From positions 1,152,001 through 1,216,000 of the forward strand of contig CAXXVS010000001.1 of assembly GCA_963674755.2 (NCBI GenBank): a stretch of DNA of 64,000 bases. Direction: 5' to 3'. A program made the translations under genes and the position numbers. Shown piece by piece: positions 18,293 to 29,586 of the stretch. This DNA comes from Desulfobacterales bacterium (GTDB lineage: Bacteria > Desulfobacterota > Desulfobacteria > Desulfobacterales > UBA5852). Numbering within the stretch: position 1 is the stretch's first letter; each line of letters starts with the position of its first letter. The notes beneath the pieces are model-generated. The model was not told where the DNA came from and made no database searches. It was given only the letters and a program-made list of their open reading frames with translations.

Positions 18293-19423
18293 TCAGCTTT
18301 CGGTTGCCGGACCGCCGGTGGCAGGCGCCGGATGTAAAAAATGACGGGCGATATCCGCCACGATGGTCTCCGCAGCTTCCGGTCGCCCCAGCCCGCGTGC
18401 CTGGGCGGCCATCTCCTGCAGGCGGCCGGGGGCGCTCCGCAAGGCCCGGATGTGCTGCCACAATATTCCGCCGTCAAGGTCCGCTTCCCGGATCATTTCC
18501 CCACCCCCGGCTTCCACCACGGCCCGGGCATTGATTTCCTGGTGGTTGTCCGCCGCATGGGGCAGGGGGATGAAGATCGCCGGGAGGCCGCTGCAAGTCA
18601 GCTCCGCCACGGTGGTGGCCCCGGCCCGGCAGACCACGAGATCGGCCCGGGCGTACTGGCGGTCCATGTCGCTGAAAAAGGCTTCCACACGGGCCTCGAT
18701 TCCGGCCGCAACATAGGCCTGGCGGACGCGCGCCAGATCGTCCGGCCCGCTCTGGTGAATCACCGTCAGGGACCCGGGGTCGTCGATATGGGGCAGCATG
18801 TCGATGACCGCCGTATTGACATTGCGGGCCCCCTGGCTGCCGCCCGCCACCAGGAGCGTGAAGGGCCGGCCCGGCTCCCGGAGCGCGTTAGCCTTTCCCA
18901 GGGCAATGATTTCTTCCCGCACCGGGTTGCCGGCCAGCATGATCTTGTCGGCCGGGAAATGGTCATGGCTGGCCGCAAAGGAGGTGTAGATGCGCCGGGC
19001 CAGGCGGGCCAGCAGACGATTGGTGATGCCGGGCAGGGAGTTTTGTTCCTGCAGGCAGACCGGGATGCGCAGCAGCCAGGCCGCCAGGCAGACCGGGCCG
19101 GCCGCATAGCCGCCCACCCCGATCACCACGGCCGGCCGGAATTGCCACAGGATGGCGCCCGCACGCAGCAGGGCGCCGGGCAGGGCCGCCAGGGAGCGTA
19201 ACTGGCGGAAAAGGCCCATGCCCTTCAGGCCCCGCACCGGGATGACGGCATGGCGGTAGCCGGCCTCCTTGACCACCCGCCGCTCGAGTTCCCGGCCGGT
19301 GCCCACGAATAAAATGACCGCCTCGGCCATACGCTGCTGGAAAGCGCGCGCGATGGCAATGCCCGGAAAGAGATGGCCGCCGGTGCCGCCGCCGGTGATC
19401 ACAATATGGGCGGCGGCGCTCAT
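18293..19423 (-). CDS. murG: lipid II GlcNAc transferase
   Basis: GGGTGGHLFP, EQN, GNPVR, GGSQGA, RAGATT. Confidence 0.97.
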   Translation of the reverse strand: MSAAAHIVITGGGTGGHLFPGIAIARAFQQRMAEAVILFVGTGRELERRVVKEAGYRHAVIPVRGLKGMGLFRQLRSLAALPGALLRAGAILWQFRPAVVIGVGGYAAGPVCLAAWLLRIPVCLQEQNSLPGITNRLLARLARRIYTSFAASHDHFPADKIMLAGNPVREEIIALGKANALREPGRPFTLLVAGGSQGARNVNTAVIDMLPHIDDPGSLTVIHQSGPDDLARVRQAYVAAGIEARVEAFFSDMDRQYARADLVVCRAGATTVAELTCSGLPAIFIPLPHAADNHQEINARAVVEAGGGEMIREADLDGGILWQHIRALRSAPGRLQEMAAQARGLGRPEAAETIVADIARHFLHPAPATGGPATES

Positions 19424-20586
19424 TGGGGCCTCCTTTTCAGACCCGGCGACAGGCCGATGTTCATGACGATTCCCACGGCGGCCATATTCATCACGAGGGA
19501 GGTGCCGCCATAGCTCAAGAAAGGCAGGGTCAGGCCCTTGGTGGGCAGCAACCCCAGGGTTACCCCCATGTTCACGCAGACCTGCAGAGCGATGGCCGTG
19601 GTCAACCCGAAGGACAGCAGGGCTCCGAACGGGTCTGCGGTTTGACGGGCGATGGCGAGGCCCCGCCAGATAATGAGGCCGTAGAGGGTGACGATCGTGG
19701 TCACCCCCACCAGGCCGAACTCCTCGCCGATGACCGAAAAGATAAAATCGGTGTGGGGTTCAGGGAGATAAAACAATTTTTGCAGACTCTTGCCGATGCC
19801 GGTGCCCCACAGTCCCCCCGAACCGAACGCCATCAGGGAGTGGATGGTCTGATAGCCTTCGGCCGTGGGGTATTCCCAGGGGTTGAGAAAACTCATCAGG
19901 CGTCTGACCCGGTAGTCGGCCGACCAGAGCAGCCAGCCCGCCACGGGCGCCAGGGTCAGTCCGGCCAAGGCCAGGAAACGCAAGGGAACGCCGCCCACAA
20001 AGAGCATGATGCCGGTGATCGATGCCAGGATGACCACCGAACCGAAATCCGGCTGCAGGATGATGGGCACGAGCAGTACCAGCAGCACCATGACATGGGG
20101 CACGAAGCCGATGGAGAATTCCCGGATGCGGTCCTGCTTCTTGCTCATGGAATAGGCCAGATAGAGGATCAGGGCCATCCGGGCGATTTCGGACGGCTGC
20201 AGGGTAATGCCTCCCAGGCGCAGCCAGCGGGTGGCGCCCCCGGCGGTGTGGCCCAGGCCGGTCAACAAAACGGCCAGCAGGAGCCCCAGGGTCAGCACGA
20301 TGGCCGGATAGGCCAGGAGGCGCAGCGCCCGGTAGGGGAAATGGCGGGCGGCCACCAGGGCGATCAGCCCCACCAGGGCAAAGAGGGCCTGCTTCTGGAT
20401 GAAAAAGTAGCTGCTGCCGAATTTTTTCAAAGCCAGGGCCGAACTGGCCGAATAGACCATGACGATGCCGATGCCCACCAGGAACAGCACCGGAAAGAGC
20501 AGGCGGGCATCGTATCCCGAGGATTTAGCCTCGGCGACAGGCCGTGAACCGCGGCGGCTCAGCTCAGCTGTTGCACGTGACGGCAA
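19420..20586 (-). CDS. ftsW: SEDS peptidoglycan glycosyltransferase FtsW
   Basis: MVYSAS, QPSE, LPEPHTDFIF, PFLSYGGTS. Confidence 0.95.
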   Translation of the reverse strand: MPSRATAELSRRGSRPVAEAKSSGYDARLLFPVLFLVGIGIVMVYSASSALALKKFGSSYFFIQKQALFALVGLIALVAARHFPYRALRLLAYPAIVLTLGLLLAVLLTGLGHTAGGATRWLRLGGITLQPSEIARMALILYLAYSMSKKQDRIREFSIGFVPHVMVLLVLLVPIILQPDFGSVVILASITGIMLFVGGVPLRFLALAGLTLAPVAGWLLWSADYRVRRLMSFLNPWEYPTAEGYQTIHSLMAFGSGGLWGTGIGKSLQKLFYLPEPHTDFIFSVIGEEFGLVGVTTIVTLYGLIIWRGLAIARQTADPFGALLSFGLTTAIALQVCVNMGVTLGLLPTKGLTLPFLSYGGTSLVMNMAAVGIVMNIGLSPGLKRRPQ

Positions 20587-21935
20587 AAATCTTCTCCCCG
20601 TTCATGGTAGCTGGTGTACATATCGAAACTGGAACAGGCCGGCGACAGGAGCACCACCTCGCCCGCCCGGGCGCCGTCGGCGGCCAGCCGGACGGCGGCG
20701 GCCATGTCGGCTGCGGGTTGAATCGGCACGGTTCCGCGCAAGGCCGTGGCAATCCTTTGGGCCGCCTCCCCCAGGACGATCAACCGGGAGACTTTGCGGC
20801 GCAGAAGATCTTCCAGCCCCCGATAGCTCCCGCCCTTGTCGCGGCCGCCCATGATCAGCACCACGGGCCGGTCAAACCCTTCTATAGCGCGTGCCACCGC
20901 ATCCACATTGGTGGCCTTGGAATCGTCGTAGTAGCGGACCCCCTTGACCTCACGCACCAGGCTGATCCGGTGGGGCAGCCCGCGAAACCGGTCCAAGGCC
21001 GTTTGGATGCCGTCCTGGTTCGCCCCGGCCACGGCGGCGGCCAGAGCGGCGGCGGCCACGTTTTCTTCATTATGGCGGCCCACCAGGGGCATTGTTCTCA
21101 GATCGATCGTGATGGGTGCCGTCCCGGTGCCGGTGTCCAAGACCAGGGCGCCGGTCTGCAAGATAGCGGCGGGCTGATGTCCTGCCGGCGCCCCGTTGAA
21201 AAACAAGATTTTCCCGGACGGCAAGGCGGGCGGTTGACCCTCATGCTGAAACAAGGCCCCGTTGACGATTGCCGTATCCCCGATGGTTTGATTTTGAAAC
21301 AATTGCCACTTGCTGGCGGCATAGGCTTCGAAGTCCGGGTAGCGGTCCAGGTGGTCTTCGCTGATATTGAGCAGGCACCCGATGCGGGGGTGGAAGGTTG
21401 CCATCGTATCCAGCTGGAAACTGCTCACTTCCACCACCAGCCAGTCGGCGGACTGTCCGCTTTCGACATATTCGATGAGGGGCTTGCCGATGTTGCCGCC
21501 CACAAAGACCGTCATCCCGGAGGCCTTCAGCATGGCCCCCAATAATTCGGTGGTGGTGGTCTTGCCGTTGGTCCCGGTTACGGCGGCGATGGGCTCCCGG
21601 ATGAAGCGGGAGGCCAGCTCCATCTCACCCATGACCGGTACGCCCCGCCGCCGGGCATCCTCAAAGGGGGGGAGGGTATGGGGAACACCGGGGCTCAGGA
21701 TGATGAGGTCCGCCTTTTGGAACGTTTCCGGGCGGTGGGGACCGAACTCCAGGCGCACCCCGGCCGGTTCGAGCTGGGCGATCGCGGTGTTGAAACTTTC
21801 GGCTTGGCCGGCTTCCGACACGGTCACCGCGGCGCCTGCCCCACGGCAGAAACGGGCGGCCGCCAGACCGCTCTTGCCCAGCCCCACCACGGTGACGGTG
21901 CGGCCCTTGAGATTGTCGGGTGTCCAGGAATGCAT
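20559..21935 (-). CDS. murD: UDP-MurNAc-L-Ala--D-Glu ligase
   Basis: GLGKSG, TGTNGKTT, EVSSFQL, DSKATN, LSPACSSFD. Confidence 0.97.
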   Translation of the reverse strand: MHSWTPDNLKGRTVTVVGLGKSGLAAARFCRGAGAAVTVSEAGQAESFNTAIAQLEPAGVRLEFGPHRPETFQKADLIILSPGVPHTLPPFEDARRRGVPVMGEMELASRFIREPIAAVTGTNGKTTTTELLGAMLKASGMTVFVGGNIGKPLIEYVESGQSADWLVVEVSSFQLDTMATFHPRIGCLLNISEDHLDRYPDFEAYAASKWQLFQNQTIGDTAIVNGALFQHEGQPPALPSGKILFFNGAPAGHQPAAILQTGALVLDTGTGTAPITIDLRTMPLVGRHNEENVAAAALAAAVAGANQDGIQTALDRFRGLPHRISLVREVKGVRYYDDSKATNVDAVARAIEGFDRPVVLIMGGRDKGGSYRGLEDLLRRKVSRLIVLGEAAQRIATALRGTVPIQPAADMAAAVRLAADGARAGEVVLLSPACSSFDMYTSYHERGEDFCRHVQQLS

Positions 21936-21948
21936 GCTGATCGTCTTC

Positions 21949-23028
21949 CTAACGCAGCTTAAGGGTACTCAGGGCCACCAAGGCCAAGGCAATGGCGATG
22001 ATCCAGAAGCGGACGATGACTTTGGGCTCCGGCCAGCCCTTGAGCTCGAAATGGTGATGCAACGGCGCCATGCGGAAAATTCGGCGACCATGGGTGAGCT
22101 TGAAAAAGCCCACTTGAAAAATGACCGAAAGGGTTTCGATGACAAAAAGGCCCCCCACCAGCACCAGAAGAATTTCCTGCTTGGTGATGATGGCGACCGC
22201 GCCCATGGCGCTCCCCAGGGAGAGCGAGCCCACATCCCCCATGAACATCTGGGCCGGGTAGGCATTGAACCACAGAAATCCCAGGCCGGCCCCCACCAGG
22301 GCGCCGCAGAAAATGGCGATCTCGCCCGCGCCGGGCACATAGGTGAGTTGCAGATAGGCGGCGAATTTGATGTTGCCGGTGACATAGGCGAACACCATGT
22401 AGGTGGCAGCCACAATCGCCAGCGGGCCGATGGCCAGCCCGTCCAGTCCGTCGGTGAGGTTGACGGCGTTGGACGCCCCCACGATGACGAGTACCGTGAA
22501 CAGGATGTAGCCCCATCCCAGATCCGGTTGGGCATTTTTGAGAAAAGGCACCGTCACCTGGGTGGAAAAATCCTCATGGAGATAAAACAGCAGGCCGCAG
22601 ACCGCCGCCAGCGCGGTTTGCAACAGGAATTTTTCCTTGGCCCCCAGGCCCTTGCTGCGTTTTTTGACCTGCATGAGATAGTCGTCGGCAAAACCGATGG
22701 CGCCAAACCCCACGATGACCAGCAGGGCCACCCAGACATAGTAGTTGGTCAGGTTGGCCCACAAAAGCGTAGCGGCCACCACCGCCCCGATGATCAGGAG
22801 GCCGCCCATGGTGGGGGTGCCGGACTTTTTGAAATGGGTTTCGGGGCCATCGTCGCGGATGAACTGGCCTACCTGCATCCGGCGCAGCCGTTTGATGACC
22901 CAGGGGCCCAGCAGAAAACAGATGATAAAGGCCGTCAGGCTGGCGTAGATCGTCCGGAAGGTAATGTACCGGAAGACATTGAAGGCCGAGATGCTGGTGT
23001 GCAGCGGATAGAGTAAATGGTAGATCAT
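21949..23028 (-). CDS. mraY: phospho-N-acetylmuramoyl-pentapeptide transferase
   Basis: [30 protein letters not shown]. Confidence 0.98.
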   Translation of the reverse strand: MIYHLLYPLHTSISAFNVFRYITFRTIYASLTAFIICFLLGPWVIKRLRRMQVGQFIRDDGPETHFKKSGTPTMGGLLIIGAVVAATLLWANLTNYYVWVALLVIVGFGAIGFADDYLMQVKKRSKGLGAKEKFLLQTALAAVCGLLFYLHEDFSTQVTVPFLKNAQPDLGWGYILFTVLVIVGASNAVNLTDGLDGLAIGPLAIVAATYMVFAYVTGNIKFAAYLQLTYVPGAGEIAIFCGALVGAGLGFLWFNAYPAQMFMGDVGSLSLGSAMGAVAIITKQEILLVLVGGLFVIETLSVIFQVGFFKLTHGRRIFRMAPLHHHFELKGWPEPKVIVRFWIIAIALALVALSTLKLR

Positions 23029-23038
23029 AGCGCCGTCA

Positions 23039-24463
23039 TCATCCTTGTCCGGTTGCCTTGGGTTGGCCGGCCCATTGCTGGAGGGCGGCGGTGACGCGTT
23101 CCATGCGCATGCCCCGGGAGCCCTTGACGAGCACCCAGTCGCCCGGTGTCAGCCACTGGGTGAGGGCGCTGCTGATCGCGTCGATTTCGCCTGTCAGAAT
23201 ACGCTCCGCCGGCATGCCGGCTTCCAGGGCGCCGTCCCGCAGCGCGGCGGCAAATTCGCCGTGCAGAAAAAGCCGGTCGAGGCCTGCCTGACCGGCTTTG
23301 TAGCCGGTTTTGCGGTGCCATTCGGCGGCCTCGGGGCCCAGTTCGAGCATGTCCCCCAGAACCAGGGCCCCGCGGGAGGCGCCCTTCATGCGGGTCAAGG
23401 TGGCGATGGCGGCGGCCGTGGAAGCGGGGTTGGCATTGTAGCAATCGTTGATCAGGGTGATGCCCCAGGGCAGGGGGACAAGCTGCATGCGGCCGTCCAC
23501 GGCCGCCACCGCTTCCAGACCGGCCTTGATGTCTTCCGGGGGCACATCACAGCAATAGCCAACGGCGGCCGCGGCCAGGGCGTTGGCCACCATGAAGCGG
23601 CCCGGCACCTGCAGCTGGACCGGAATTTCCCCTGTGGGCAATTGGAGCTGAAAGCGCCAGCCGCGCGGTCCCGAGACCATATCCGCCGCCCGCACCGACG
23701 CCCCGGGATCGATGCCGAAAAACAGGGTTGCCACCGGGCAGGTCTCCGCCAGTTGGCGGCAGCAGACGTCGTCCCCGTTGAGGATGGCCTTCCCGGCGGG
23801 CTGGATATGGGGCAGCAGTTCGCCCTTGGCCCGCATGACCCCCTCGATGGAGCCCAGTCCTTCCAGGTGGGCCGGGGCCACATTGGTGATCATGCCGATA
23901 TCGGGGGCGGCTAGGCGCGCCATGCGATCGATTTCCCCGGGGTGATTCATGCCCATCTCCACGACAGCCAGGACATGCGTGGTCTGCAGCTGGAGCAGGG
24001 TCAACGGCAGGCCGATTTCGTTGTTGAGATTGCCCTGGGTGGCGAGGGTAGGACCCTGCCGGTCCAAGATGGCGGCCGTCATGGCGCGCGTGGTGGTCTT
24101 GCCGTTGGAGCCGGTCAGGGCGATGACGCGGGCCGGCATGCGCCGTCGGTGAAAGGCCGCAATGGCCCCCAGGGCCCGGATGGTGTCGGGGACGGCGATG
24201 CAGGTAACGCCCTGGGCCTTCCAGGCCGTCAGCTGGGCTTCCCCGACGCAGCCCTCCTTTATTAAAAGGCCGCGCCCGCCGCGAGCCACCACATCGGTCA
24301 GGAAAGTGTGGCCGTCATGATTTTCGCCCTGGATGGCAATAAACAACGCCCCCTCTGACAGACGACGGGAATCGATGCCGACCCCGTCAAATTCCGTTCG
24401 GGGATTGCCCAACCGCAGGCGGCCGCCGGTGGCCAACAAGATATCGCCGGTGGTCCATTTCAT
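23039..24463 (-). CDS. murF: UDP-MurNAc-tripeptide--D-Ala-D-Ala ligase
   Basis: [35 protein letters not shown]. Confidence 0.96.
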   Translation of the reverse strand: MKWTTGDILLATGGRLRLGNPRTEFDGVGIDSRRLSEGALFIAIQGENHDGHTFLTDVVARGGRGLLIKEGCVGEAQLTAWKAQGVTCIAVPDTIRALGAIAAFHRRRMPARVIALTGSNGKTTTRAMTAAILDRQGPTLATQGNLNNEIGLPLTLLQLQTTHVLAVVEMGMNHPGEIDRMARLAAPDIGMITNVAPAHLEGLGSIEGVMRAKGELLPHIQPAGKAILNGDDVCCRQLAETCPVATLFFGIDPGASVRAADMVSGPRGWRFQLQLPTGEIPVQLQVPGRFMVANALAAAAVGYCCDVPPEDIKAGLEAVAAVDGRMQLVPLPWGITLINDCYNANPASTAAAIATLTRMKGASRGALVLGDMLELGPEAAEWHRKTGYKAGQAGLDRLFLHGEFAAALRDGALEAGMPAERILTGEIDAISSALTQWLTPGDWVLVKGSRGMRMERVTAALQQWAGQPKATGQG

Positions 24464-26013
24464 CAGGCCGTCTCCTTTTCGGGCGGCCGCCGGAGGCCTG
24501 CCAGAGCCTGCCGGGCCTCTTCCCGATCGTCAAAGGGGATGGTGGTTGGGCCGATGATTTGATAGGTCTCATGCCCCTTGCCGGCGATCAGGACGGTATC
24601 GCCGGACTGGGCCGCGCAGATGGCCAGGGCAATGGCCTCCCGGCGGTCGGGCACCACGATGTGGGCCGGGGCGGCAAATCCGCTGCGAACTTCCTCGGCG
24701 GTAAGGGCCTGGGGGGCAGCCCGGCGCACGCCTTCCAAAGCGTCATCGATAATGGCCAGAGGATCTTCGGAGCGCGGGTTGTCCGAGGTGACCACGGCCA
24801 GATCGCTCAGGCGGGCTGCGATTTCGCCCATGAGCGGCCGTTTACGGCGGTCGCGGTCGCCCCCGCAGCCGAACACGCAGATCAGGCGGCCCTGGCGCAG
24901 GGCGTCCAGGGCCCGCAGGACATTTTCGAGGGCATCCGGGGTATGGGCATAATCCACATAGATGAAGCGCCCGGCGGGATCCGGAATGGCTTCCAGCCGT
25001 CCGGGGACTGCCCGGGTGGCGGCGATCCCGGCCCGGATGGCCTCCGGGGGCAGCTCCAGGGCGATGCCGCAGCTGGCGGCGGCCAGGATATTTTCCAGAT
25101 TGTGCGCCCCCACCAGCGGTGAGTCCATGGCGATCGATCCCCGGGGGGTATGGAGAACGGCCTTGAGCCCGGTCAGATCGTTTTGGCCGACCTCGGGCCA
25201 AATGTCGCTGGCCGGTGTTCGGCCGAAGGTCAGCAGGGCGTGCCGGCCGGTGAGGTCGTTGGCCAGCGCCGCTCCATAAGGATCCTCCCGGTTGATCACG
25301 GCCCGGGCCTGTGTCGCTTTGGGCCCCTGGTACAGGTGCCGGGTGAACAGGGACTTCTTGCTTTCCCAGTAGCGCGCCATGTCCCCGTGGAAGTCGAGGT
25401 GATCCTGGGTCAGGTTGGTGAAGGCGGCCACGTCGAACTGGCAGGCGTCCACCCGATGCAGGTCGAGCCCATGGGAGGCCACTTCCATCACGACGTGGGT
25501 CACCCCGTGCTGCCGCATTTCCGCCAGGATACGCTGCAGGTCGAGGGACTCCGGGGTGGTGCGGGCGGCGGGTACCACATGGTCGCCGTAGCGATAGTTG
25601 ACCGTGCCGATGACGCCGGGGGAAAGACCCGTCTGTCTCAGGATGTTTTCCACCAGATAGGATACCGTGGTCTTGCCGTTGGTGCCGGTGAGACCGATGA
25701 CGGTCAGGGCCTGCGAAGGGTGTCCGTAGAAGGCGGCCGCCGCCCGGGCCAGAGCGGCCCGGGAATCCGCCACCTGCAGGAGGGGAACAGTGGTTTCCAC
25801 CCGCTTCTGGGCCACCACGGCCAGGGCGCTCCGCGAGCAGGCGTCGCCGATATAGGCGTGCCCGTCCACGGCAAACCCCGGAATGGCGAAAAAGACGCCA
25901 CCGGAAATCACCTCGCGGGATCCATAATGCAGGGAGCCCACAGGGGTTTCCGGTTCGAGTGCGCCGATCACGGCCGAGGGCTGAATCACCTCTATGAGGT
26001 CGCCCAGATTCAT
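24463..26013 (-). CDS. murE: UDP-MurNAc-dipeptide--meso-DAP ligase
   Basis: TGTNGKTT, TTPES, DYAHTPD, DNPR (mDAP-type), AGKGHE. Confidence 0.97.
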   Translation of the reverse strand: MNLGDLIEVIQPSAVIGALEPETPVGSLHYGSREVISGGVFFAIPGFAVDGHAYIGDACSRSALAVVAQKRVETTVPLLQVADSRAALARAAAAFYGHPSQALTVIGLTGTNGKTTVSYLVENILRQTGLSPGVIGTVNYRYGDHVVPAARTTPESLDLQRILAEMRQHGVTHVVMEVASHGLDLHRVDACQFDVAAFTNLTQDHLDFHGDMARYWESKKSLFTRHLYQGPKATQARAVINREDPYGAALANDLTGRHALLTFGRTPASDIWPEVGQNDLTGLKAVLHTPRGSIAMDSPLVGAHNLENILAAASCGIALELPPEAIRAGIAATRAVPGRLEAIPDPAGRFIYVDYAHTPDALENVLRALDALRQGRLICVFGCGGDRDRRKRPLMGEIAARLSDLAVVTSDNPRSEDPLAIIDDALEGVRRAAPQALTAEEVRSGFAAPAHIVVPDRREAIALAICAAQSGDTVLIAGKGHETYQIIGPTTIPFDDREEARQALAGLRRPPEKETA

Positions 26014-27749
26014 CCGGTTTCCTTTGTATTGTTCGATACCGTCATTTTGGGCGCCCGCTCGCTGGGGCGCACATTGAGATACCCCAGGGCCGACTGGGCG
26101 ATCTCACGAAAAACAGGGGCCGCCACACTACCGCCGTAGTAATTTCCCTGGGGCTCGTCCACCACCACGACAATGGTCAGGCGGGGATCTTCCACAGGCG
26201 CAAAACCGGCGAAGGAGGCGATATAGCGATCCTGCGTGTAGGTGCCGTCCTTGCCGATCTTCTGGGCCGTGCCGGTCTTGCCGCAGGCCGAGTAACCTTC
26301 CAAGGCGGCCTCGACCCCCGTGCCCCCTTCGGTCAGCACCATTTCCATCATACGTGTAATGGCGTCGGCGGTTTGGGCGGATATGGTCTGTCTCACCGGC
26401 TGGGGCTCGATCGCCCTGATCGTGCGGCCGCGCGGATCGGTGACCTTCAGAACCACGCGGGGTTTCATCAGCAGGCCGCGGTTGGCGATGGCCGATACGG
26501 CCGATGCCAGCTGGACCGCCGACACGGAGATGCCGTGGCCGAAAGAGACGGCGGCCACGTCGAAGGTGGTCCACTTGCGGTTGGCTCCCAGGCTGCCCTT
26601 GGTCTCGCCGGGGCAGTCGATGCCGGTGGGCCGGCCGAAACCAAAACGCTCCAGCGTCGCATGCAGGGTGTCGGCCCCGATGGTCTCCCCGATCTTGACG
26701 GCCCCGATGTTGCTCGAGTATTTCACGATGCGCTGGATGGACAGCCAGCCGTGTTTTTTGGTGTCGTGGATTGTGTTGGATCCGATGCGGTAGTTTCCGT
26801 TTTCACAATAAAAAATCGTGTGGGGCGTACAGCAGCCGGATTCCAGGGCCGCCGCGGCGCTGAACAGCTTCATGGTGGATCCCGGTTCGAAGGCATCCAT
26901 GACGGCCCGGTTGCGCCGCAGGTCGCGGTTGAAGTCGCCGAAGGCATTGGGGTTGAAAAGCGGTGCATGGGCCAGGGCCAGGAGGTCGCCGGTGCGGGGA
27001 TCCATTACCACCACCATGCCGGACTTGGCCTTGTGGCTTTGTACGGCCTGCTGAAGCGCTTTTTCGGCCAGATGTTGAATGGCCCCGTCGATGGCCAGCA
27101 CCACGTTGTTGCCGCTGACGTTGACCGCAGTGTCTTCCTGGGCTTCGAAACCGCGCCCGAAAGCATCCTTCAGCACCGTGGCGATCTGGGGACGGCCGGT
27201 CAGCTCGGCGTCAAAGCGGTATTCGATACCCTCCAGCCCGTTGCCGTCGATACCGGTGAAGCCCACCAGCTGGGCCGCCAGGGTGCGGTTGGGATAATAG
27301 CGGCTGTGTTCGGATACAAACTCCAGGCCGTCCAAATGGAGCGCCTTGACGGCCTGGACTTCCTTGGGGGTGATCTGGCGCTTGATCCAGACGAAGGATC
27401 GTTTGGTGGTCAGCTTCCGGGCGACAGACTTGGGGCCCTCCTTGATGATGGGTGCGATGGCCCGGGCGGTGCTGCGGGGATCCTGGATCTTGCGGGGGTA
27501 GGCGGCCAGGGAAAGGGTTTCAATGCTGACGGCTACTTCGCGCATCCGCCGGTCAAAGATGCTGCCCCGCTTGCCGCTGGTCTGAATGGTTTTTTCATAT
27601 TGATCGGAGGCCTTGGCCGCCAGGGAAGGGCCGAAAACCACCTGCAAATAGACGGCCCGGCCGACAATCGTCCCCAGGCAGAGAAAAAACACGCCCCCCA
27701 TCAGGGTCATACGCAGGCGCAATTTTTTTTGGTTCGTCAGGGGCTTCAT
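26010..27749 (-). CDS. ftsI: class B penicillin-binding protein FtsI
   Basis: RGSIFDR, EPGSTMK (SxxK), SSN, KTGTAQ. Confidence 0.95.
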   Translation of the reverse strand: MKPLTNQKKLRLRMTLMGGVFFLCLGTIVGRAVYLQVVFGPSLAAKASDQYEKTIQTSGKRGSIFDRRMREVAVSIETLSLAAYPRKIQDPRSTARAIAPIIKEGPKSVARKLTTKRSFVWIKRQITPKEVQAVKALHLDGLEFVSEHSRYYPNRTLAAQLVGFTGIDGNGLEGIEYRFDAELTGRPQIATVLKDAFGRGFEAQEDTAVNVSGNNVVLAIDGAIQHLAEKALQQAVQSHKAKSGMVVVMDPRTGDLLALAHAPLFNPNAFGDFNRDLRRNRAVMDAFEPGSTMKLFSAAAALESGCCTPHTIFYCENGNYRIGSNTIHDTKKHGWLSIQRIVKYSSNIGAVKIGETIGADTLHATLERFGFGRPTGIDCPGETKGSLGANRKWTTFDVAAVSFGHGISVSAVQLASAVSAIANRGLLMKPRVVLKVTDPRGRTIRAIEPQPVRQTISAQTADAITRMMEMVLTEGGTGVEAALEGYSACGKTGTAQKIGKDGTYTQDRYIASFAGFAPVEDPRLTIVVVVDEPQGNYYGGSVAAPVFREIAQSALGYLNVRPSERAPKMTVSNNTKETG

Positions 27750-28036
27750 TCCATCACGACAATCTGGCGGGTCGCCGGGGGGGCCAATCCCAGTTGCCGC
27801 CCAAGGGCTTCGATGCGTTTGGGGGCCTTCAAACGGGCCAGCTCAATGGCCAGATTTTTGCGAATCGTGCGCTGCTGTTCATAGGTTTTGGTTTCCGCCG
27901 TAATCTCGTAGCCCATGCGCACGCATTGCACGCGGCACCAGGTGTAGGCGAAAAGCTCGACCATGAAGACCAGCATGATGGCCAGCCAGATGGTTTTCAT
28001 GCCCCGGGCGCGACGCTGGTTGTTGTTGGCGGCCAT
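27746..28036 (-). CDS. ftsL: cell division protein FtsL
   Basis: Short protein with TM helix and coiled coil (ELARLKAPKRIEAL) between rsmH and ftsI. Confidence 0.8.
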   Translation of the reverse strand: MAANNNQRRARGMKTIWLAIMLVFMVELFAYTWCRVQCVRMGYEITAETKTYEQQRTIRKNLAIELARLKAPKRIEALGRQLGLAPPATRQIVVME

Positions 28037-28050
28037 GCGCGATGGACCTC

Positions 28051-28989
28051 TTAGCGTTTTTCGACCGCCCGCAGACGCGTGCTGCGGGCCATCGGGTTGG
28101 CGGCGACTTCTTCCGCCGTGGGGCGCACCACCCGGCGGGTCAATAGCGTTACCAAGGCCTGTCCGCCGCAAGTACAAAACGGCGCCTTGGGGGGACAGGT
28201 GCAGGCGCGGGCCATTTCCCGGAAGGTTTGCTTGACGATCCGATCTTCCAGGGAATGGAAGGCCAGCACACACAGCCGACCGCCGGGGTTGAGGCAATCC
28301 ACGGCCCGGGGCAGGGTGCGCTGCAGACGATCCAATTCGTGGTTGACGGTGATCCGCAGGGCCTGAAACACGCGGGTGGCCGGGTGAATCTTCTGGCTCC
28401 GGGCAGCGGCCGGCGGCATGGATCGGTAAATCAGATCCGCCAGGGCCTTGCTGCTTGTCAGCGGTTGCCGCGCCCGCTCCCGTACGATGGCGCGGGCGAT
28501 GGACCGCGCGTGGCGCTCTTCACCATAGTCGCGGAAGATGCGCATCAGATCATCCACCTCCCAGTGGTTCACGATATCGGCGGCCGTCAAATCGGCTTCG
28601 GCATTCATGCGCATGTCCAGCGGTTCATCGCGTTTGAAGCTGAACCCGCGCCCGCTGTCCTCGATCTGATGCAGGGAGAGGCCCAGGTCCAGGAGGATGC
28701 CGTCCACACCCTTGATACCCAAATCGTAGAGAATCCGGTCGAGGTGGCTGAAATTGTCGTGGTGTAGGGAAAGCCGCGGGCAAACGGGGGCCAGGACTTC
28801 ACGGGCGTGCCGGATGGCATCCAGATCCTGGTCGATGCCGATCAGCAGGCCGTCGGGCTGAATGTGGGTGCAGATCAAGCGGGAATGCCCTGCGCCGCCG
28901 ACGGTACCGTCCAGGTAAATGCCGCCGGGGCTCAGACTGAGATAGTGCGCCACCTCGGCCGGCATGCAGGAGATGTGGTAATCGGCCAT
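28051..28989 (-). CDS. rsmH: 16S rRNA m4C1402 methyltransferase
   Basis: DGTVGGAGH, RGFSF...PLDMRM, FQALRI, FHSLEDR. Confidence 0.97.
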   Translation of the reverse strand: MADYHISCMPAEVAHYLSLSPGGIYLDGTVGGAGHSRLICTHIQPDGLLIGIDQDLDAIRHAREVLAPVCPRLSLHHDNFSHLDRILYDLGIKGVDGILLDLGLSLHQIEDSGRGFSFKRDEPLDMRMNAEADLTAADIVNHWEVDDLMRIFRDYGEERHARSIARAIVRERARQPLTSSKALADLIYRSMPPAAARSQKIHPATRVFQALRITVNHELDRLQRTLPRAVDCLNPGGRLCVLAFHSLEDRIVKQTFREMARACTCPPKAPFCTCGGQALVTLLTRRVVRPTAEEVAANPMARSTRLRAVEKR

Positions 28990-28993
28990 ACCA

Positions 28994-29440
28994 TCAAAGT
29001 CCTAGATCGGCGATTTCGTTCCTGACCTCCTCATTTTTCAGATCGATTTCCAGGGCCTGTTTTTCAGCTTCCCAGGTATCGCGGGCCCAGATTTCAAAAT
29101 GATCCAATACGCCCACCAGGACGATGTCCCTTTCAAAACCGGCACCTTCCCGGAGCGTGGGTGGAATCAGAATACGCTCTTGCTTGTCGCAGGCACATTC
29201 GTGCGCGCCCCCGATGAACACCCGGCGGAAGCGCCGCATGCTATCGCTTCTGCGGGCCATGTCCATCAGGCGGTTTTCAATTTCCCGCCATGCGTCCAGC
29301 GGATAGGCCACCAGGCAGCCGTCCATAGTGGAGACCATCACCCGATCGCCGCCCCCGGCCCGGATGAGATCCCGGAAGCGGGCGGGGATGATGACGCGCC
29401 CTTTGTCGTCCATCGTATGGAAGGAACTGCCGCGAAACAT
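28994..29440 (-). CDS. mraZ: dcw cluster transcriptional regulator MraZ
   Basis: MFRG...DDKGRVIIPARFR, DKQERILIP, HFEIW. Confidence 0.96.
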   Translation of the reverse strand: MFRGSSFHTMDDKGRVIIPARFRDLIRAGGGDRVMVSTMDGCLVAYPLDAWREIENRLMDMARRSDSMRRFRRVFIGGAHECACDKQERILIPPTLREGAGFERDIVLVGVLDHFEIWARDTWEAEKQALEIDLKNEEVRNEIADLGL

Positions 29441-29453
29441 AAGGCTTCCTTTG

Positions 29454-29469
29454 CACCACTTTACTCCAC
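29454..29469 (-). promoter_or_regulatory. MraZ-box-like repeats (proximal)
   Basis: GTGGAG-taaa-GTGGTG with 10-bp period just upstream of the mraZ RBS. Confidence 0.6.
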
Positions 29470-29586
29470 TCTGGTCATGATATGGAATGAAATATGTTGA
29501 AAGTCAAGAAAAAACGAGGCTTATGTATGATTAATTTTATAATAATTTGATAATGTTAAAAGGAAAAATTGTCAAACCAATATGCC

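Noticed and set aside
29477..29507. TTGACT/TATCAT promoter for mraZ
   Set aside because: 19-nt spacer is too long to call with confidence
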